From an uncultured delta proteobacterium (GTDB taxonomy: Bacteria > Desulfobacterota > WTBG01): a stretch of 64,000 nucleotides of DNA. This document shows positions 46,225 through 58,070 of the stretch, piece by piece (position 1 is the stretch's first letter; each line of letters starts with the position of its first letter). The stretch is taken from the NCBI GenBank assembly GCA_963751515.1, contig CAVVUR010000002.1:69888-133887 (forward strand), in the 5' to 3' direction. Below the pieces are notes generated by a model. That model did no database searches. It was given only the letters and a program-made list of their open reading frames with translations, and was not told the origin of the DNA. The position numbers and the translations under genes are program-made.

Positions 46225-46851
46225 TTAGCGGTAGCTCTTGAGCCCCTGTCGGATAAAGACGGCGCGCTGTATCTGCTGGAAGAGATACTGATAGCGCGCC
46301 GGATCTTCCACTATACGGGACTGCTCTTTGCCGCCGGAGGTTACAATGTTCTGCTTATCCTTTTTCTTCTCGGCATAGCTGAAGGTGTTGGTGGGAAGAG
46401 AGCCGAATGCGGTAATGGTCATCCGTTGCCGGATCCGGTTTTCACCCCAGGCTTCGATATGGCAGGTGAGCTGCTCCCACCGGTTCCACTCGGACAGGGT
46501 CATTTTCCGGTCCTTCGATTCTTTTAGTATATCATCCCGGTAGCCGGCATCCTTCTCCGCATACCAGTCTTCATGCGGGCCTATGATGTCCTGGTGCTTG
46601 AGGGAAACGGCCTGGATAATCCCGCTTGATTTGTCGACCACTTCAATTTGCCAGCCCTCGTCCTGCAATACGGAAATGGTCGCGGCGAACCCCGTGTCAA
46701 AGTCGCCTTCCAGTTCCTTGGTCTGCATGGCCGCACGCTGCTGGACCGAGAGCGGCGGAGGGGGCTGCAAACGGGACTTGCCCTGGCCGCAGCCTGAAGC
46801 AAAGGACATGCTTATCAGAACCAGCAGGAGAAGGTGATAGATCGTTTTCAT
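46225..46851 (-). CDS. Hypothetical lipoprotein
   Basis: Signal peptide with lipobox FASGC; no recognisable domain. Confidence 0.5.
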   Translation of the reverse strand: MKTIYHLLLLVLISMSFASGCGQGKSRLQPPPPLSVQQRAAMQTKELEGDFDTGFAATISVLQDEGWQIEVVDKSSGIIQAVSLKHQDIIGPHEDWYAEKDAGYRDDILKESKDRKMTLSEWNRWEQLTCHIEAWGENRIRQRMTITAFGSLPTNTFSYAEKKKDKQNIVTSGGKEQSRIVEDPARYQYLFQQIQRAVFIRQGLKSYR

Positions 46852-46870
46852 CGCGGCAGCGGGATCCTCT

Positions 46871-47352
46871 TTAAAACTGGGTTGCCATCATGCGATAGTC
46901 CCTGACCAGGTCTTTGTCATCAAACTGAATCATCAGGGTGAAGGTGGCGCTGCTGACCTGCCCGGCAGAACTGCTCTTGCCCGAGGAACCACCAACGGTT
47001 GCGCCGCCGCCGATGGCCACGTCACCCGCCAGTCCTCCGGCAATGGCGCCGGCCCCCCCGGAGGCGTTCCATTCAGCGACTTCTGACGCTGAAGCCATGC
47101 TCTGCCTGTCGTATGTCCACACCTCGTGGCCGTCCTTGTCCCGGGTGATGATGTTGGGGGCACCGAAGACCGAGATAATCTCGGTCTGGGTGGCGACTCC
47201 GACCTTGACGTACTTCTTGACCATGCCGGCGGTCAGGTTGCTCTTCTGCTGATTGCTGTAAGGTAATTCAGGCGATCGGGCACGGACGCAGCTCAATACA
47301 GATATGCAGGAGAAAAGAATGAGTAGCGCGAAAGGGAATGCTCTTGTGGCCA
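46871..47352 (-). CDS. Hypothetical lipoprotein with BamE/SmpA-OmlA-like segment and Gly-rich region
   Basis: Start at ATG 47352 (MATRAFPFALLILFSCISVLSC lipobox); G.T..EIISVFG.P......DG.EVWTYD. Confidence 0.45.
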
Positions 47353-47463
47353 TGGCTCCTCCCGATGAAGCGGTTAATTCGGTTTGTATTATAAACCTAG
47401 GACATAATTTCCGAACTGTCAATGGAAATGGCAGGGGGGTTATAAGGACGTGAAGTGCCATCC

Positions 47464-47503
47464 AAATAGAAAAGGGGAACCGGGCAATGCCGGCTCCCCT
47501 TTG
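47464..47503 (-). terminator. Rho-independent terminator downstream of nfnB
   Basis: Minus strand: GGGGAGCCGGC-ATT-GCCCGGTTCCCC hairpin followed by TTTTCTATTT. Confidence 0.65.
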
Positions 47504-47530
47504 ATGTGGATCGGATGGTAGCGTGTTATC

Positions 47531-48951
<1,421 letters not shown>

Positions 48952-49018
48952 GAGTTTCTCCTTTTAATCGCTGGTGATCACGGTCGATTCACGCTTGATG
49001 CCCATGCCCCTCATCCTC

Positions 49019-49338
49019 GTGTAGTGCGTCCAAGACATCTGGCTCCTGTGCGTTGCGAATACCATGCTCTAGAAGAGGTGCAGTGGCTCAAAGGGGAGGG
49101 GCTTTTGACGCCACAACAATTTGTCTGTACGCTTACGGCACGACCCGGTGCCTTACGACTCAAACCGCAGACAGGCAGCTTTGCAGAGGCTTCGATACAG
49201 GCTGTTGCCATGCGGGTCTGTCGGACATAGTTTGAGATTCGCTGCCGTTCTACAGGCTCCGAATAATTTTGTTGTGGCTAAAAAGCCCCTCCCCTTGAGC
49301 CACATATAAATAAAGAAATCAATGACGCACGACACTAG
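49019..49338 (+). repeat. Nested palindromic intergenic repeat, copy 3 (core 49083-49303; shell variant B)
   Basis: Shares core and shell with copy 2. The right-hand CTAG (49335-49338) contains the nfnA stop codon (minus strand). Confidence 0.9.
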
Positions 49339-50156
49339 CCCTCTATGGCTGCAAGAGAGATTTTTTCTTCTGCCAGATATTGCTGGAGTCGATTGATCAG
49401 CAGGTCAAAATCCACTTTGTGGCCGTCAAACTCCGGGCCGTCCACGCAGCCGAACTTGGTTTCACCACCCACCAGAACCCTGCACACACCGCACATGCCG
49501 GTGGCGTCCAGCATGATGGGATTCAGGCTGACGATGGTCTTGACCTTGAAGGGCTCGGTGGTCTTGCAGACGAACTTCATCATCACGGCAGGACCGATGG
49601 CGATAACGCGATCGATCTTTTCCCCGCTCTCCAGGATCTCCTTGAGGGGGTCGGTGACCAGGCCGTGTCTGCCCATGGATCCGTCATCGGTGGTGATGAT
49701 AAGCCGGGTGGTGACCGCCTCCATCTCCCCGGTGAAGGTGAGCAGGTCTTTGGTGCGGGCGCCGACGATGCCGGTTACCTCGTTTCCCGCCTGGTGGAGG
49801 GCCCGGGTGACGGGATAAATGACCGCCGTCCCCACGCCCCCGCCGATGCAGATGACTTTCCCGAATTTTTCAATTTCCGTATGCTTGCCCAGCGGGCCCA
49901 CCAGGTCGGTTACGCTGTCGCCGATGCTGAGCCTGCCCAGCAGTTTTGTCGTCTTGCCCACCTCCTGGAACACAATGGTTATGGTACCCACCTCCCGGTC
50001 AAAATCATTGACCGTGAGGGGAATGCGTTCACCCGGCTCATTCAATCGTATGATGACAAATTGGCCCGGCCTGACCTTTTTGGCGATTTCCGGCGCCTGC
50101 AGTTTAAGCAGGGTAACCGTGGATGCCAGCTTCTGCTTGTCAAGTACCTTGTACAC
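49335..50156 (-). CDS. nfnA: NfnA-like FAD/[2Fe-2S] ferredoxin-NADP reductase-type subunit
   Basis: 273 aa, GTG start after AAAGGAGG. PyrK/SudB-like: RIPLT, GPLG, GGGVG, and C-terminal Cys cluster CGVCRV...C. Confidence 0.7.
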   Translation of the reverse strand: MYKVLDKQKLASTVTLLKLQAPEIAKKVRPGQFVIIRLNEPGERIPLTVNDFDREVGTITIVFQEVGKTTKLLGRLSIGDSVTDLVGPLGKHTEIEKFGKVICIGGGVGTAVIYPVTRALHQAGNEVTGIVGARTKDLLTFTGEMEAVTTRLIITTDDGSMGRHGLVTDPLKEILESGEKIDRVIAIGPAVMMKFVCKTTEPFKVKTIVSLNPIMLDATGMCGVCRVLVGGETKFGCVDGPEFDGHKVDFDLLINRLQQYLAEEKISLAAIEG

Positions 50157-50445
50157 AGCCTGCCTCCTTTACATTGGGTAATAGAGCGGGAAAGTGTTGA
50201 CGCCGCGTTGCGGCCATCAGCCCCGGCATTGATTTCAGTGGCCATTCACACCCGTTCTAAAACGATACAGTCAGCTTCTCTGCCGCGGTTGTAATCACAG
50301 AGGAAATGCCTTGACAGGGAAATATACATATGCTAGAAATTTTCATCCATTTTTCAGGGTTTTATTATACATCCGCTATTTTTTCAAGCTGAAAATTTTT
50401 ACTCGGCAGAGAGATTTTTTCTCGGGTAATGATGCCATAAAACGC

Positions 50446-51126
50446 ATGGACACGCGCAATGCGGGAAGCAACCCTGCCGGATCACCGTACGACCATGCTT
50501 TTACATTGGCCTGCGAGGTTTTAAGAAGGGCCGACATAGAGGAGCGGGCAGGAAAAAGCGGGGCTTTTTTTAAGAAAGAAGATGACGGGCGCTGCCTGAT
50601 CAAGCTCACTTTTTTAAATCAATATTGCCTCATACATTTTCCCGACATAACGGTAACCTATCAAAGCGAAGGAGGGGAGGTTCCCCTCTGGAGCAGGCTC
50701 GTCATTCTGCATTACCTTATACAGGCGCAGGGCGGCCCGCTTGCCGGCGAGTGGATAAGCTTTCGACAATTGTCCGGCGGGGACATGTATTACCCGGCTT
50801 TCGACAGGAGATCACAAAAGCCGCTGCTCGACTTTTTTGCGCAGCGGGATGATCTTTTTGAAGAGGCCGGTCGCGCCCTGGGAGGAACAAAGGCTCCCGC
50901 GGGTGACCGGGGTGTCATCATTTCCGCTCTCCCGAAAGTTCCCATGGCTTTTCTTTTCTGGAACGGGGATGAGGAATTTCCGCCTGAGGCGCGGATCCTG
51001 TTCGATGCCAGCCTGCCCGCCTATCTTCCCACGGAAGATGCCGTGGTGCTGGCGCAGCAGGCGGCCTTCCGGCTCATCGACCGGGGGCGGGAACTGGCCC
51101 GTAAGCACGGTACCATTCATTACTAG
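50446..51126 (+). CDS. Hypothetical protein, DUF3786-like (recalled from memory, unverified)
   Basis: ORF 50311-51126 with the first plausible ATG at 50446; no catalytic motif recognised. Confidence 0.35.
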   Translation: MDTRNAGSNPAGSPYDHAFTLACEVLRRADIEERAGKSGAFFKKEDDGRCLIKLTFLNQYCLIHFPDITVTYQSEGGEVPLWSRLVILHYLIQAQGGPLAGEWISFRQLSGGDMYYPAFDRRSQKPLLDFFAQRDDLFEEAGRALGGTKAPAGDRGVIISALPKVPMAFLFWNGDEEFPPEARILFDASLPAYLPTEDAVVLAQQAAFRLIDRGRELARKHGTIHY

Positions 51127-51417
51127 CAGGCTGTTGAAAAACACCCATCTGATTCGTGGCTCAAAGGGGAGGGGCTTTTGACGCCACAACAATGTGTCTT
51201 TACGCTTACGGCACGACCCGGTGCCTTCGACGCGAACCGAAAGCAGGCAGCTTTGCAGAGGCTTCGATAGAGGCTGTTGCCATGCGGGTCTGTCTGACAA
51301 AGTTAGAAAGTCGCTGCCGTTCTACCGGTTCCGAATAGTTTTGTTGTGGCTCAAAAGCCCCTTCCCTTTGAGCCTTTGAACGGCCTGAGGAAAACTACTT
51401 TTTCAACAACCTGCTAG
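51123..51417 (+). repeat. Nested palindromic intergenic repeat, copy 4 (core 51156-51374; shell variant A)
   Basis: Near-identical to copy 1. The left TAG (51124-51126) is the stop codon of the preceding ORF. Confidence 0.9.
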
Positions 51418-51426
51418 AGCGAGGAC

Positions 51427-51798
51427 ATGGCCATGGCTGAAGGATACACGCCGCTGATCATTTTTCTTTTCCTGTCGGTTCTCTTCGCGGGGGCTGTCAT
51501 CGCTCTGTCGGCCCTTTTCGGACGGAAGGCAGCGACCCGGGAAAAGCTTATGCCCTACGAATGCGGCCTTGACCCGGTGGGCAATGCGCGAACGAGGTTC
51601 TCGGTCAAGTTTTTCATCATTGCCATGCTGTTTATCGTCTTCGACGTGGAGGCGATGTTTTTATACCCCTGGGCGATTGTCTTCCGGCAGTTTAACCAGT
51701 TTAAAGGCTTTGTCTTTTTAGAAATGGCTGTTTTTATCGGTATCCTGCTGGTCGGCTTTATATATGTGTGGAAGAAGGGGGCTCTGGAATGGGAGTAG
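51427..51798 (+). CDS. nuoA: NADH-quinone oxidoreductase subunit A
   Basis: 123 aa, 3 TM helices, YECG motif, FDVE. Confidence 0.85.
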   Translation: MAMAEGYTPLIIFLFLSVLFAGAVIALSALFGRKAATREKLMPYECGLDPVGNARTRFSVKFFIIAMLFIVFDVEAMFLYPWAIVFRQFNQFKGFVFLEMAVFIGILLVGFIYVWKKGALEWE

Positions 51799-52274
51799 AA
51801 AGCTATCTTGGTGATACCATTATCACCACCACCCTTGAGAAAGTAGTCAACTGGGCCCGAAAATCATCGCTCTGGCCCGCGACCTTCGGGCTGGCCTGCT
51901 GCGCCCTCGAAATGATGGCCACCGCCGCCGCCCGCTACGATATTGCCCGCTTTGGCGCCGAGGTCTTCAGGGCCTCGCCGCGGCAGGCAGACCTGATGAT
52001 TGTTGCCGGCACCCTGACCAGAAAAATGGCGCCCGTGGCCAGGAGGATCTACAATCAGATGCCCAATCCCAAGTGGGTCATTGCCATGGGCGCCTGCGCA
52101 TGCTCGGGCGGAATCTTTGACACCTACGCCGTGGTGCAGGGGGTGGATGAGATTATCCCCGTGGATGTGTATATGCCCGGATGCCCGCCCCGGCCGGAAG
52201 CATTGCTCTACGCCATCATGCAGCTTCAGAAAAAGATAGAAAAGGAACACTTAAGGGAAAAGAACCATGGCTAG
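51789..52274 (+). CDS. nuoB: NADH-quinone oxidoreductase subunit B
   Basis: GLACCA..., GACA.SGG and PGCPP cluster-N2 motifs. Start ATG 51789 overlaps the nuoA stop. Confidence 0.85.
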   Translation: MGVESYLGDTIITTTLEKVVNWARKSSLWPATFGLACCALEMMATAAARYDIARFGAEVFRASPRQADLMIVAGTLTRKMAPVARRIYNQMPNPKWVIAMGACACSGGIFDTYAVVQGVDEIIPVDVYMPGCPPRPEALLYAIMQLQKKIEKEHLREKNHG

Positions 52275-52728
52275 TATGGAAGAGTTGGTCGGGAAAATAA
52301 AGGAAACCTTTCCCCAGGCCATCGAAGAAACGGCAGTCTATAAGGATGAGCATACCATACGGGTCAAGCTGTCATACCTGCTCGAGGTCTCGCGCTTCCT
52401 CAAGGAAGACACGTCATGCGGCTTTGACTTCCTCTCCGACCTCTGCGGCGTCGACTACATGGGCCGGGTGCCCCGCTTTGAGGTGGTCTATCACCTGTAT
52501 TCCCTGAAACACCGGCACCGGCTGCGCATGAAAATCTCCCCCTCGGACGAGGACCTTACCGTGCCTTCCGTGGTTTCTGTCTGGAAGACGGCGGACTGGC
52601 ACGAGCGGGAGTGCTACGATCTTTTCGGCATAACCTTCAGGGATCATCCTGATTTGAGGAGAATTCTCACTCCTGACGGGTTTACAGGGTATCCGCTCAG
52701 AAAAGATTTTCCGCTGCGGGGAAGATAA
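52267..52728 (+). CDS. nuoC: NADH-quinone oxidoreductase subunit C
   Basis: 153 aa, 30-kDa subunit motifs (W.ERE..D.FGI.F..HPD). Confidence 0.85.
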   Translation: MASMEELVGKIKETFPQAIEETAVYKDEHTIRVKLSYLLEVSRFLKEDTSCGFDFLSDLCGVDYMGRVPRFEVVYHLYSLKHRHRLRMKISPSDEDLTVPSVVSVWKTADWHERECYDLFGITFRDHPDLRRILTPDGFTGYPLRKDFPLRGR

Positions 52729-52737
52729 ACGGGGGCA

Positions 52738-53934
52738 TTGCATAGCATGGAAACGGCGTCTGACATCAGGACAGAGTTGGTAACCCTGAACATGGGGCCC
52801 CAGCACCCAAGCACCCACGGGGTGCTGCGGGTGGTGCTGGAGCTCGACGGCGAGGTGGTCACCAAGGCAACCCCGGTGCTGGGGTATCTGCACCGGGGCA
52901 TCGAGAAGCTGGCCGAGCATAAAACCTACCACCAGTTCATTACCCTCACCGACCGGCTGGATTATACCTCGCCCTTTATCAACAACCTTGCCTACGTGCT
53001 TACGGTTGAGAAGCTTCTCGACCTGGAGGTTCCGCTCCGGGCCCAGTATATCAGGGTGCTGCTCGCAGAGCTTACCAGGATCCAGAGCCACCTCATCTGG
53101 CTGGGAACCCATGCCCTGGACATCGGGGCCATGTCGCCGCTGCTCTACTGCTTCCGCGAGCGGGAAGAGACCCTGGACATGTTTGAAATGGTGGGCGGGG
53201 CCCGGATGAACCAGAGCTACTTTCGCATCGGGGGCCTTGCCGCCGACCTGCCCGACGGGTTTGAAGAAAAGGTGAAGGCGTTCTGTGAGGTGCTGCCCTC
53301 GCGGATTGACGGGTACGAGCGCCTGCTGACGGAAAATAAGATCTGGCTCAACCGGACAAAGGGCGTGGGCGTCATTTCAGCGGAAGAGGGGATCGCCCTG
53401 GGACTTTCCGGTCCCTGCCTGAGGGGCTGCGGGGTACAGTGGGACCTGCGCAAGGCCAACCCCTATTCGTCCTACGATCACTTTGATTTCGAGATACCCA
53501 CCGGCCGGTACGGGGATTCGTATGACCGCTACCTGGTGCGGCTGGAGGAGATGCGCCAGAGCAACCGGATCATCAGGCAGGCCCTGGAGCGGCTGCCCTC
53601 GGGCCCGTTCAACGCCGTGAGCCCCAAGGTGGTGCCTCCGCCGAAGGAACTGGTGCAGGAAAATATTGAGTCATTGATCATCCACTTCCACCTCATGACC
53701 GAAGGTTTTAATGTGCCCAAAGGTGAGGCGTATTGCAGCGTGGAGTCGTCAAAAGGCGAGCTGGGCTTTTATATTGTGAGCGATGGGGGCAGCAAGCCCT
53801 ACCGGGTGAAGATCCGCACCCCCTCGTTTGTGAACATGGAATCGTTCTCCACCATGGCGCAGGGGCGTATGATGGCGGACATCGTTGCCATTATCGGCAG
53901 CATTGACATCTGCCTGGGAGAGGTGGATCGCTAG
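52738..53934 (+). CDS. nuoD: NADH-quinone oxidoreductase subunit D
   Basis: NMGPQHPSTHGVLR and the 49-kDa subunit pattern. Confidence 0.9.
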   Translation: MHSMETASDIRTELVTLNMGPQHPSTHGVLRVVLELDGEVVTKATPVLGYLHRGIEKLAEHKTYHQFITLTDRLDYTSPFINNLAYVLTVEKLLDLEVPLRAQYIRVLLAELTRIQSHLIWLGTHALDIGAMSPLLYCFREREETLDMFEMVGGARMNQSYFRIGGLAADLPDGFEEKVKAFCEVLPSRIDGYERLLTENKIWLNRTKGVGVISAEEGIALGLSGPCLRGCGVQWDLRKANPYSSYDHFDFEIPTGRYGDSYDRYLVRLEEMRQSNRIIRQALERLPSGPFNAVSPKVVPPPKELVQENIESLIIHFHLMTEGFNVPKGEAYCSVESSKGELGFYIVSDGGSKPYRVKIRTPSFVNMESFSTMAQGRMMADIVAIIGSIDICLGEVDR

Positions 53935-53963
53935 GCAGTGTTGAACAGGGAGACAACAAGCGC

Positions 53964-54338
53964 ATGACCTTTAGAGAGTTGGCGAATATTTTAGGAGCTG
54001 AGGTTCTGGTCGGGGACGAACGCATGGATAGTACGATTAGGGACGCCTTTGCCGCCGACCTCTTAAGCGATGTTCTGGCCTTTGCCAAGGAGGGTACGCT
54101 CCTGATAACCGGGATCACCAATCCGCAGGTGGTGCGCACCGCTGAAATGCTCGAGCTGCTGGGCATTGTATTCGTGAGGGGCAAAAGGCCTGACGAGGAA
54201 GCAGTCAAGCTCGCCCGGGCGAAAAAGATACCGCTTTTGTGCACCCGTTACATCATGTTTGAAACCTGCGGCAGGCTGTTCTCAAGCGGTATGGTCGGTT
54301 GTATTGAAAGAGTGGAAAATGCAGGAAAAACAGGCTGA
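53964..54338 (+). CDS. DRTGG-domain protein
   Basis: 124 aa: DLLSDVL...LITG..N.Q.VRTA. Paralogue at 56103. Confidence 0.55.
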   Translation: MTFRELANILGAEVLVGDERMDSTIRDAFAADLLSDVLAFAKEGTLLITGITNPQVVRTAEMLELLGIVFVRGKRPDEEAVKLARAKKIPLLCTRYIMFETCGRLFSSGMVGCIERVENAGKTG

Positions 54339-54762
54339 GCCCCTGTTGGAGCAGGAATTCATTGTGCAGGGTGGTGATTTCATCCATGCCGGCGAGGTTT
54401 CAAGCAGCATTAAGGCCATCTTAAAAGAGATCGGCATAAGCCACGACGTCATCAGGCGGGCTGCCATTGCCACCTACGAAGCGGAGATGAACGTCGTGTG
54501 CTACGCGCGGCGGGCTGCCTTTCATCTGGCCATTACCCCTGACCGGCTGACGGTTATTGCCGAGGACGAAGGGCAGGGCATTGCCGATCTCGAGCGGGCC
54601 ATGCAGGAAGGGTTTTCAACCTCCTCCAGGGAAATCAAGGAAATGGGTTTCGGGGCGGGCATGGGGCTGCCCAACATCAAGAAGAACACCGATGAATTGC
54701 GCATCAGTTCGGTGGTGGGGGAAGGCACGCGTCTGGAAATGGTTATCTTTACCCGGAAATAA
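54319..54762 (+). CDS. Anti-sigma-factor-like Ser-kinase / HATPase_c-fold ATP-binding protein
   Basis: Start at internal ATG 54319; EDEGQGI...GFGAGMGL G-box-like motifs. Confidence 0.5.
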   Translation: MQEKQAEPLLEQEFIVQGGDFIHAGEVSSSIKAILKEIGISHDVIRRAAIATYEAEMNVVCYARRAAFHLAITPDRLTVIAEDEGQGIADLERAMQEGFSTSSREIKEMGFGAGMGLPNIKKNTDELRISSVVGEGTRLEMVIFTRK

Positions 54763-54771
54763 AGACGATCC

Positions 54772-56085
54772 ATGAGCAAATATTATCACTCCATTGAAGT
54801 GGAAACCGATAAATGCACCGGCTGCATGCAGTGCATGCGGGCATGCCCCACCGAGGCCATGCGCATCCGTGAGGGCAAGGCCCTCATCCTGGAGGACCGG
54901 TGCATTGACTGCGGTGACTGCATCCGGGTGTGTCCCGCCCGGGCGGTCCGATCCATGACCGGGTCGTTCGAAGACTTGACCAGGTTTAAATACACCATCG
55001 CCATACCTTCTCCCGTCCTTTACTCCCAGTACGGCATGGGGATTACCCCCAACCATATTTTAAACGGTCTTAAGGGCCTGGGTTTTAACGAGGCCTATGA
55101 TGTGGGCAAGGCCTGTGAAATTTATTCGGCGGTGCTCAAAGAACACCTCCACAGCTATTCTCAAAACAAGCCCTACATCTCAACCGTCTGCCTGGCCGTT
55201 GTCAGGCTCATCCAGATAAACTTTCCCGATCTCATGGGAAATCTGCTTTCCATGGAGGCGCCCAGCGCCATCGCCGGAGCTTACAAGATGGCCAAGGCCA
55301 AAATACTGGGAATAAGCCCCCAGGATGTCGGGGCCATTTTTATCACCCCCTGCCCCGCCAAGATGATCGCCGTAAATCACCCCATCTTCAAATCGGATCC
55401 GACCCTGGACGGGGCCATTGCCATTTCGGATATCTACGGGGTTCTCTTCAGCGCCATCCGCAAGATCAAGGCGCTTGAGCCGCTTCACGACTCGGGCGGC
55501 TTCGGTGTGGCTACGGGGATCCCCGGCGCGTGCATTGCCGGCCTCGAAATCGAGAATGCCATAGCCGTGGACGGGGTTAAAAATGTAATCAACATACTGG
55601 AGGACGTGGAGCGCGGCAAAATCACCAATGTAAACTATCTGGAATTATGGGCCTGCCCGGGCGGGTGCGTGGGGGGCCCCCTTGCGGTGGATAATCGCTT
55701 TCTGGCCAAGATCAAGGCCATGAAACTGATTCAGCAGATGGGGAGGAATTTAAACATTAACCTCGCTGAAGTGGAGCGGATGCGCGCCCACCTGTCATGC
55801 GATGTTGAGCTGTCCACCTATCCCGTGCAGCCGCTGAGCACGGATGCCAGGGAGGCGATCAGGAAAGTAAAGGAGCGGGAATCCATTTTAGAGAGCCTCC
55901 CGCGCATTAATTGCGGGGCATGCGGCGCCCCAAACTGCAAATCCTTTGCCGAGGATGTCGTTCAGGGAAGGGGTGAGGTCACTGATTGCGTGTTCAAGCT
56001 CAAGGAGGCGACCATGGAATCGCTCCGCAGGGGACTTGAAATAGCTCAGAAAGCCCCTCTTTCGATTCGCAAGCGGGGAGCATAA
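54772..56085 (+). CDS. [FeFe]-hydrogenase-like protein (putative sensory, HydS/Hfs-type): 2x[4Fe-4S] + H-cluster-domain-like + C-terminal Cys cluster
   Basis: CTGCMQCMRACP and CIDCGDCIRVCP; H-domain-like TPCPAK and WACPGGCVGGP; C-terminal CGACGAPNC....C. Confidence 0.6.
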   Translation: MSKYYHSIEVETDKCTGCMQCMRACPTEAMRIREGKALILEDRCIDCGDCIRVCPARAVRSMTGSFEDLTRFKYTIAIPSPVLYSQYGMGITPNHILNGLKGLGFNEAYDVGKACEIYSAVLKEHLHSYSQNKPYISTVCLAVVRLIQINFPDLMGNLLSMEAPSAIAGAYKMAKAKILGISPQDVGAIFITPCPAKMIAVNHPIFKSDPTLDGAIAISDIYGVLFSAIRKIKALEPLHDSGGFGVATGIPGACIAGLEIENAIAVDGVKNVINILEDVERGKITNVNYLELWACPGGCVGGPLAVDNRFLAKIKAMKLIQQMGRNLNINLAEVERMRAHLSCDVELSTYPVQPLSTDAREAIRKVKERESILESLPRINCGACGAPNCKSFAEDVVQGRGEVTDCVFKLKEATMESLRRGLEIAQKAPLSIRKRGA

Positions 56086-56102
56086 GCAGCAGGGGAGCAG
56101 GC

Positions 56103-56444
56103 ATGAAGCTGAAGGAAATCATTGACCGGTTGGAGCTGAAGGTGGCGGCCGGGGAGAACCTGGACCGGGAAGTGGCCGGGGGGTACGCGAGCGACCTCTT
56201 AAGCGATGTCATGGCCAACAGCAGGGAGGGGGATATCTGGGTGACCCTGCAGGCACATCCCAATATCATCGCCGTTGCCTCCCTCAAGGGCATGGCCGGC
56301 GTGGTTATTGTGCAGGGCAGAACCCCCGAGGCACAAACGGTGGACAAGGCCCGGCAGGAAGACATTCCCCTTATGGTCACCGGGCTGCAGACCTTTGAGC
56401 TCGTCGGCAGGTTATACGGCCTCGGCATTTCCGGAATGAGGTGA
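56103..56444 (+). CDS. DRTGG-domain protein
   Basis: 113 aa; DLLSDVMA...VTLQAHPN; paralogue of 53964. Confidence 0.55.
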   Translation: MKLKEIIDRLELKVAAGENLDREVAGGYASDLLSDVMANSREGDIWVTLQAHPNIIAVASLKGMAGVVIVQGRTPEAQTVDKARQEDIPLMVTGLQTFELVGRLYGLGISGMR

Positions 56445-57193
56445 TGCTCAGAGCATATCGGGCTGATTTGCATATCCATTCCATCCTTTCTCCCTGCACC
56501 GAACCTGCCGAGATGTCGCCCCGCGCCATTGTAAAGCGGGCAGGGGATGCGGGTTTGCATCTGATAGCCGTGTGCGATCATAACTCCTGTGAGAATCTTC
56601 CCGCGCTTCAAAAGGCGGCAGAGGCGACCAGTCTGGCGGTGCTGGCAGGTATGGAGATAACCACTCGGGAAGAAATTCATATTCTGGGCCTTTTTGATAC
56701 GGAGGCGCATGCCTTTGAGGTGCAGAAGGTTGTGTACGAGCATCTCTCCGGCGAAAACGATGAAAAAGCCTTCGGCTGCCAGGTGGTGGTCAACGAGCAT
56801 GAGGAGGTAGTTTCCTTTAATAAAAAATTGCTGATCGGGGCAACCACGCTTTCCCTGGAAGCGGTGGTTGAACTCATTCATTCCCGCGGCGGCATAGCCA
56901 TTGCTTCGCACATTGATCGCGAGGCATACAGCATCATAAGCCAGCTCGGCTTTGTTCCGCCGGGGCTGGCGCTGGATGCGCTGGAGGTTTCGCCGGCCAC
57001 GGGCCTGGATGAGGCGCGCCGGCGTTTCCCCGGGCTTGATCACCTTCCCTTCATCAGCTCATCGGACGCCCACTCCCTTGACGGGATCGGGAGTAGTTCA
57101 ACCGTCTTTCTGATGGAAGCTGCAGGCATCGACGAAGTGAAGCTGGCGCTTGCCGGAAGGGAGGGCAGAAAGGTGCTCGGGGGACAGGGATAG
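56441..57193 (+). CDS. PHP-domain (polymerase/histidinol-phosphatase-like) phosphoesterase
   Basis: DLHIHS.LSPC...AVCDHN...ASHIDR...SDAH metal-binding His/Asp pattern. Confidence 0.6.
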   Translation: MMLRAYRADLHIHSILSPCTEPAEMSPRAIVKRAGDAGLHLIAVCDHNSCENLPALQKAAEATSLAVLAGMEITTREEIHILGLFDTEAHAFEVQKVVYEHLSGENDEKAFGCQVVVNEHEEVVSFNKKLLIGATTLSLEAVVELIHSRGGIAIASHIDREAYSIISQLGFVPPGLALDALEVSPATGLDEARRRFPGLDHLPFISSSDAHSLDGIGSSSTVFLMEAAGIDEVKLALAGREGRKVLGGQG

Positions 57194-57194
57194 C

Positions 57195-57740
57195 GTGCAG
57201 GATTTCTCCCTCCACATTCTGGATCTGGTTGAGAATTCCATAACTGCCGGGGCAACGCGGATCGAGATCGGGATAGACGAGGACAGCAGCAGGGATCTGC
57301 TCAGCATAGAGATTACCGACGACGGCAAGGGCATGAGCAGGGAGATGGCGGGCAGGGTGCTGGATCCTTTTGTGACAACGCGGACGACCAGAAAGGTGGG
57401 CCTGGGGTTGCCGCTCTTTGCCCAGGCGGCCCGGGCGTGCAATGGCGGGGTTCACATAGAATCCGCGCCGGGCCGGGGGACGAAGCTGACCGGTACCTTT
57501 CAGGCAAGCCATATTGATCGCAAGCCCTGGGGAAGCATGGTTGAGACCCTGATCACCCTCATCGCAGGCAATCCCGGGATCAGCTTTTATTATCATCATC
57601 GCAAGGATGACCGAACCTACCGCCTTGACACAGCGGCGATCGGGAAGGAGCTGGGCGAGGTCCCCGTTTCCGATCCCCGGGTGATCGGGCTGATCAGGGG
57701 CGATCTCGAGGAGGGCCTGGCGCAATTAGGCGTGCAATGA
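57195..57740 (+). CDS. HATPase_c-fold ATP-binding protein
   Basis: GTG start at 57195; LVENSITAGA...DDGKGM...GLGLP.. N/G1/G2-like boxes. Confidence 0.5.
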   Translation: MQDFSLHILDLVENSITAGATRIEIGIDEDSSRDLLSIEITDDGKGMSREMAGRVLDPFVTTRTTRKVGLGLPLFAQAARACNGGVHIESAPGRGTKLTGTFQASHIDRKPWGSMVETLITLIAGNPGISFYYHHRKDDRTYRLDTAAIGKELGEVPVSDPRVIGLIRGDLEEGLAQLGVQ

Positions 57741-57849
57741 ACAATGTTATATGGTGAGTGAGGGCCGTTTGCGCCACAACACCCATAATTTGATAATTGG
57801 CCTGCGGGGTCAGAATAATTTTGATTACATCCCATGGTAGCGGGGACAC

Positions 57850-58070
57850 GTGGCTCACGGGGAGGGGGTTTTTAAAGCCACAACAATTTGTCCCTTGGCT
57901 TACGTCACGACCCCGTGCCTTACGAATTAAGCCGCGGACAGGCAGTTTCCACGGGCTTCAACGAAGGCTGTTGCCATGGGGTCTGTCGGTACGAATTTAC
58001 AAGGCATCTGCCGTTCTACAGGTTCCGAATAATTTTGTTGTGGCTTTAAAACCCCCTCCCCGTGAGCCAC
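57850..58070 (+). repeat. Palindromic intergenic repeat core, copy 5 (diverged subfamily C)
   Basis: GTGGCTCACGGGGAGGGGGTTTTTAAAGCCACAACAA ... TTGTTGTGGCTTTAAAACCCCCTCCCCGTGAGCCAC; no CTAG shell. Confidence 0.85.
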
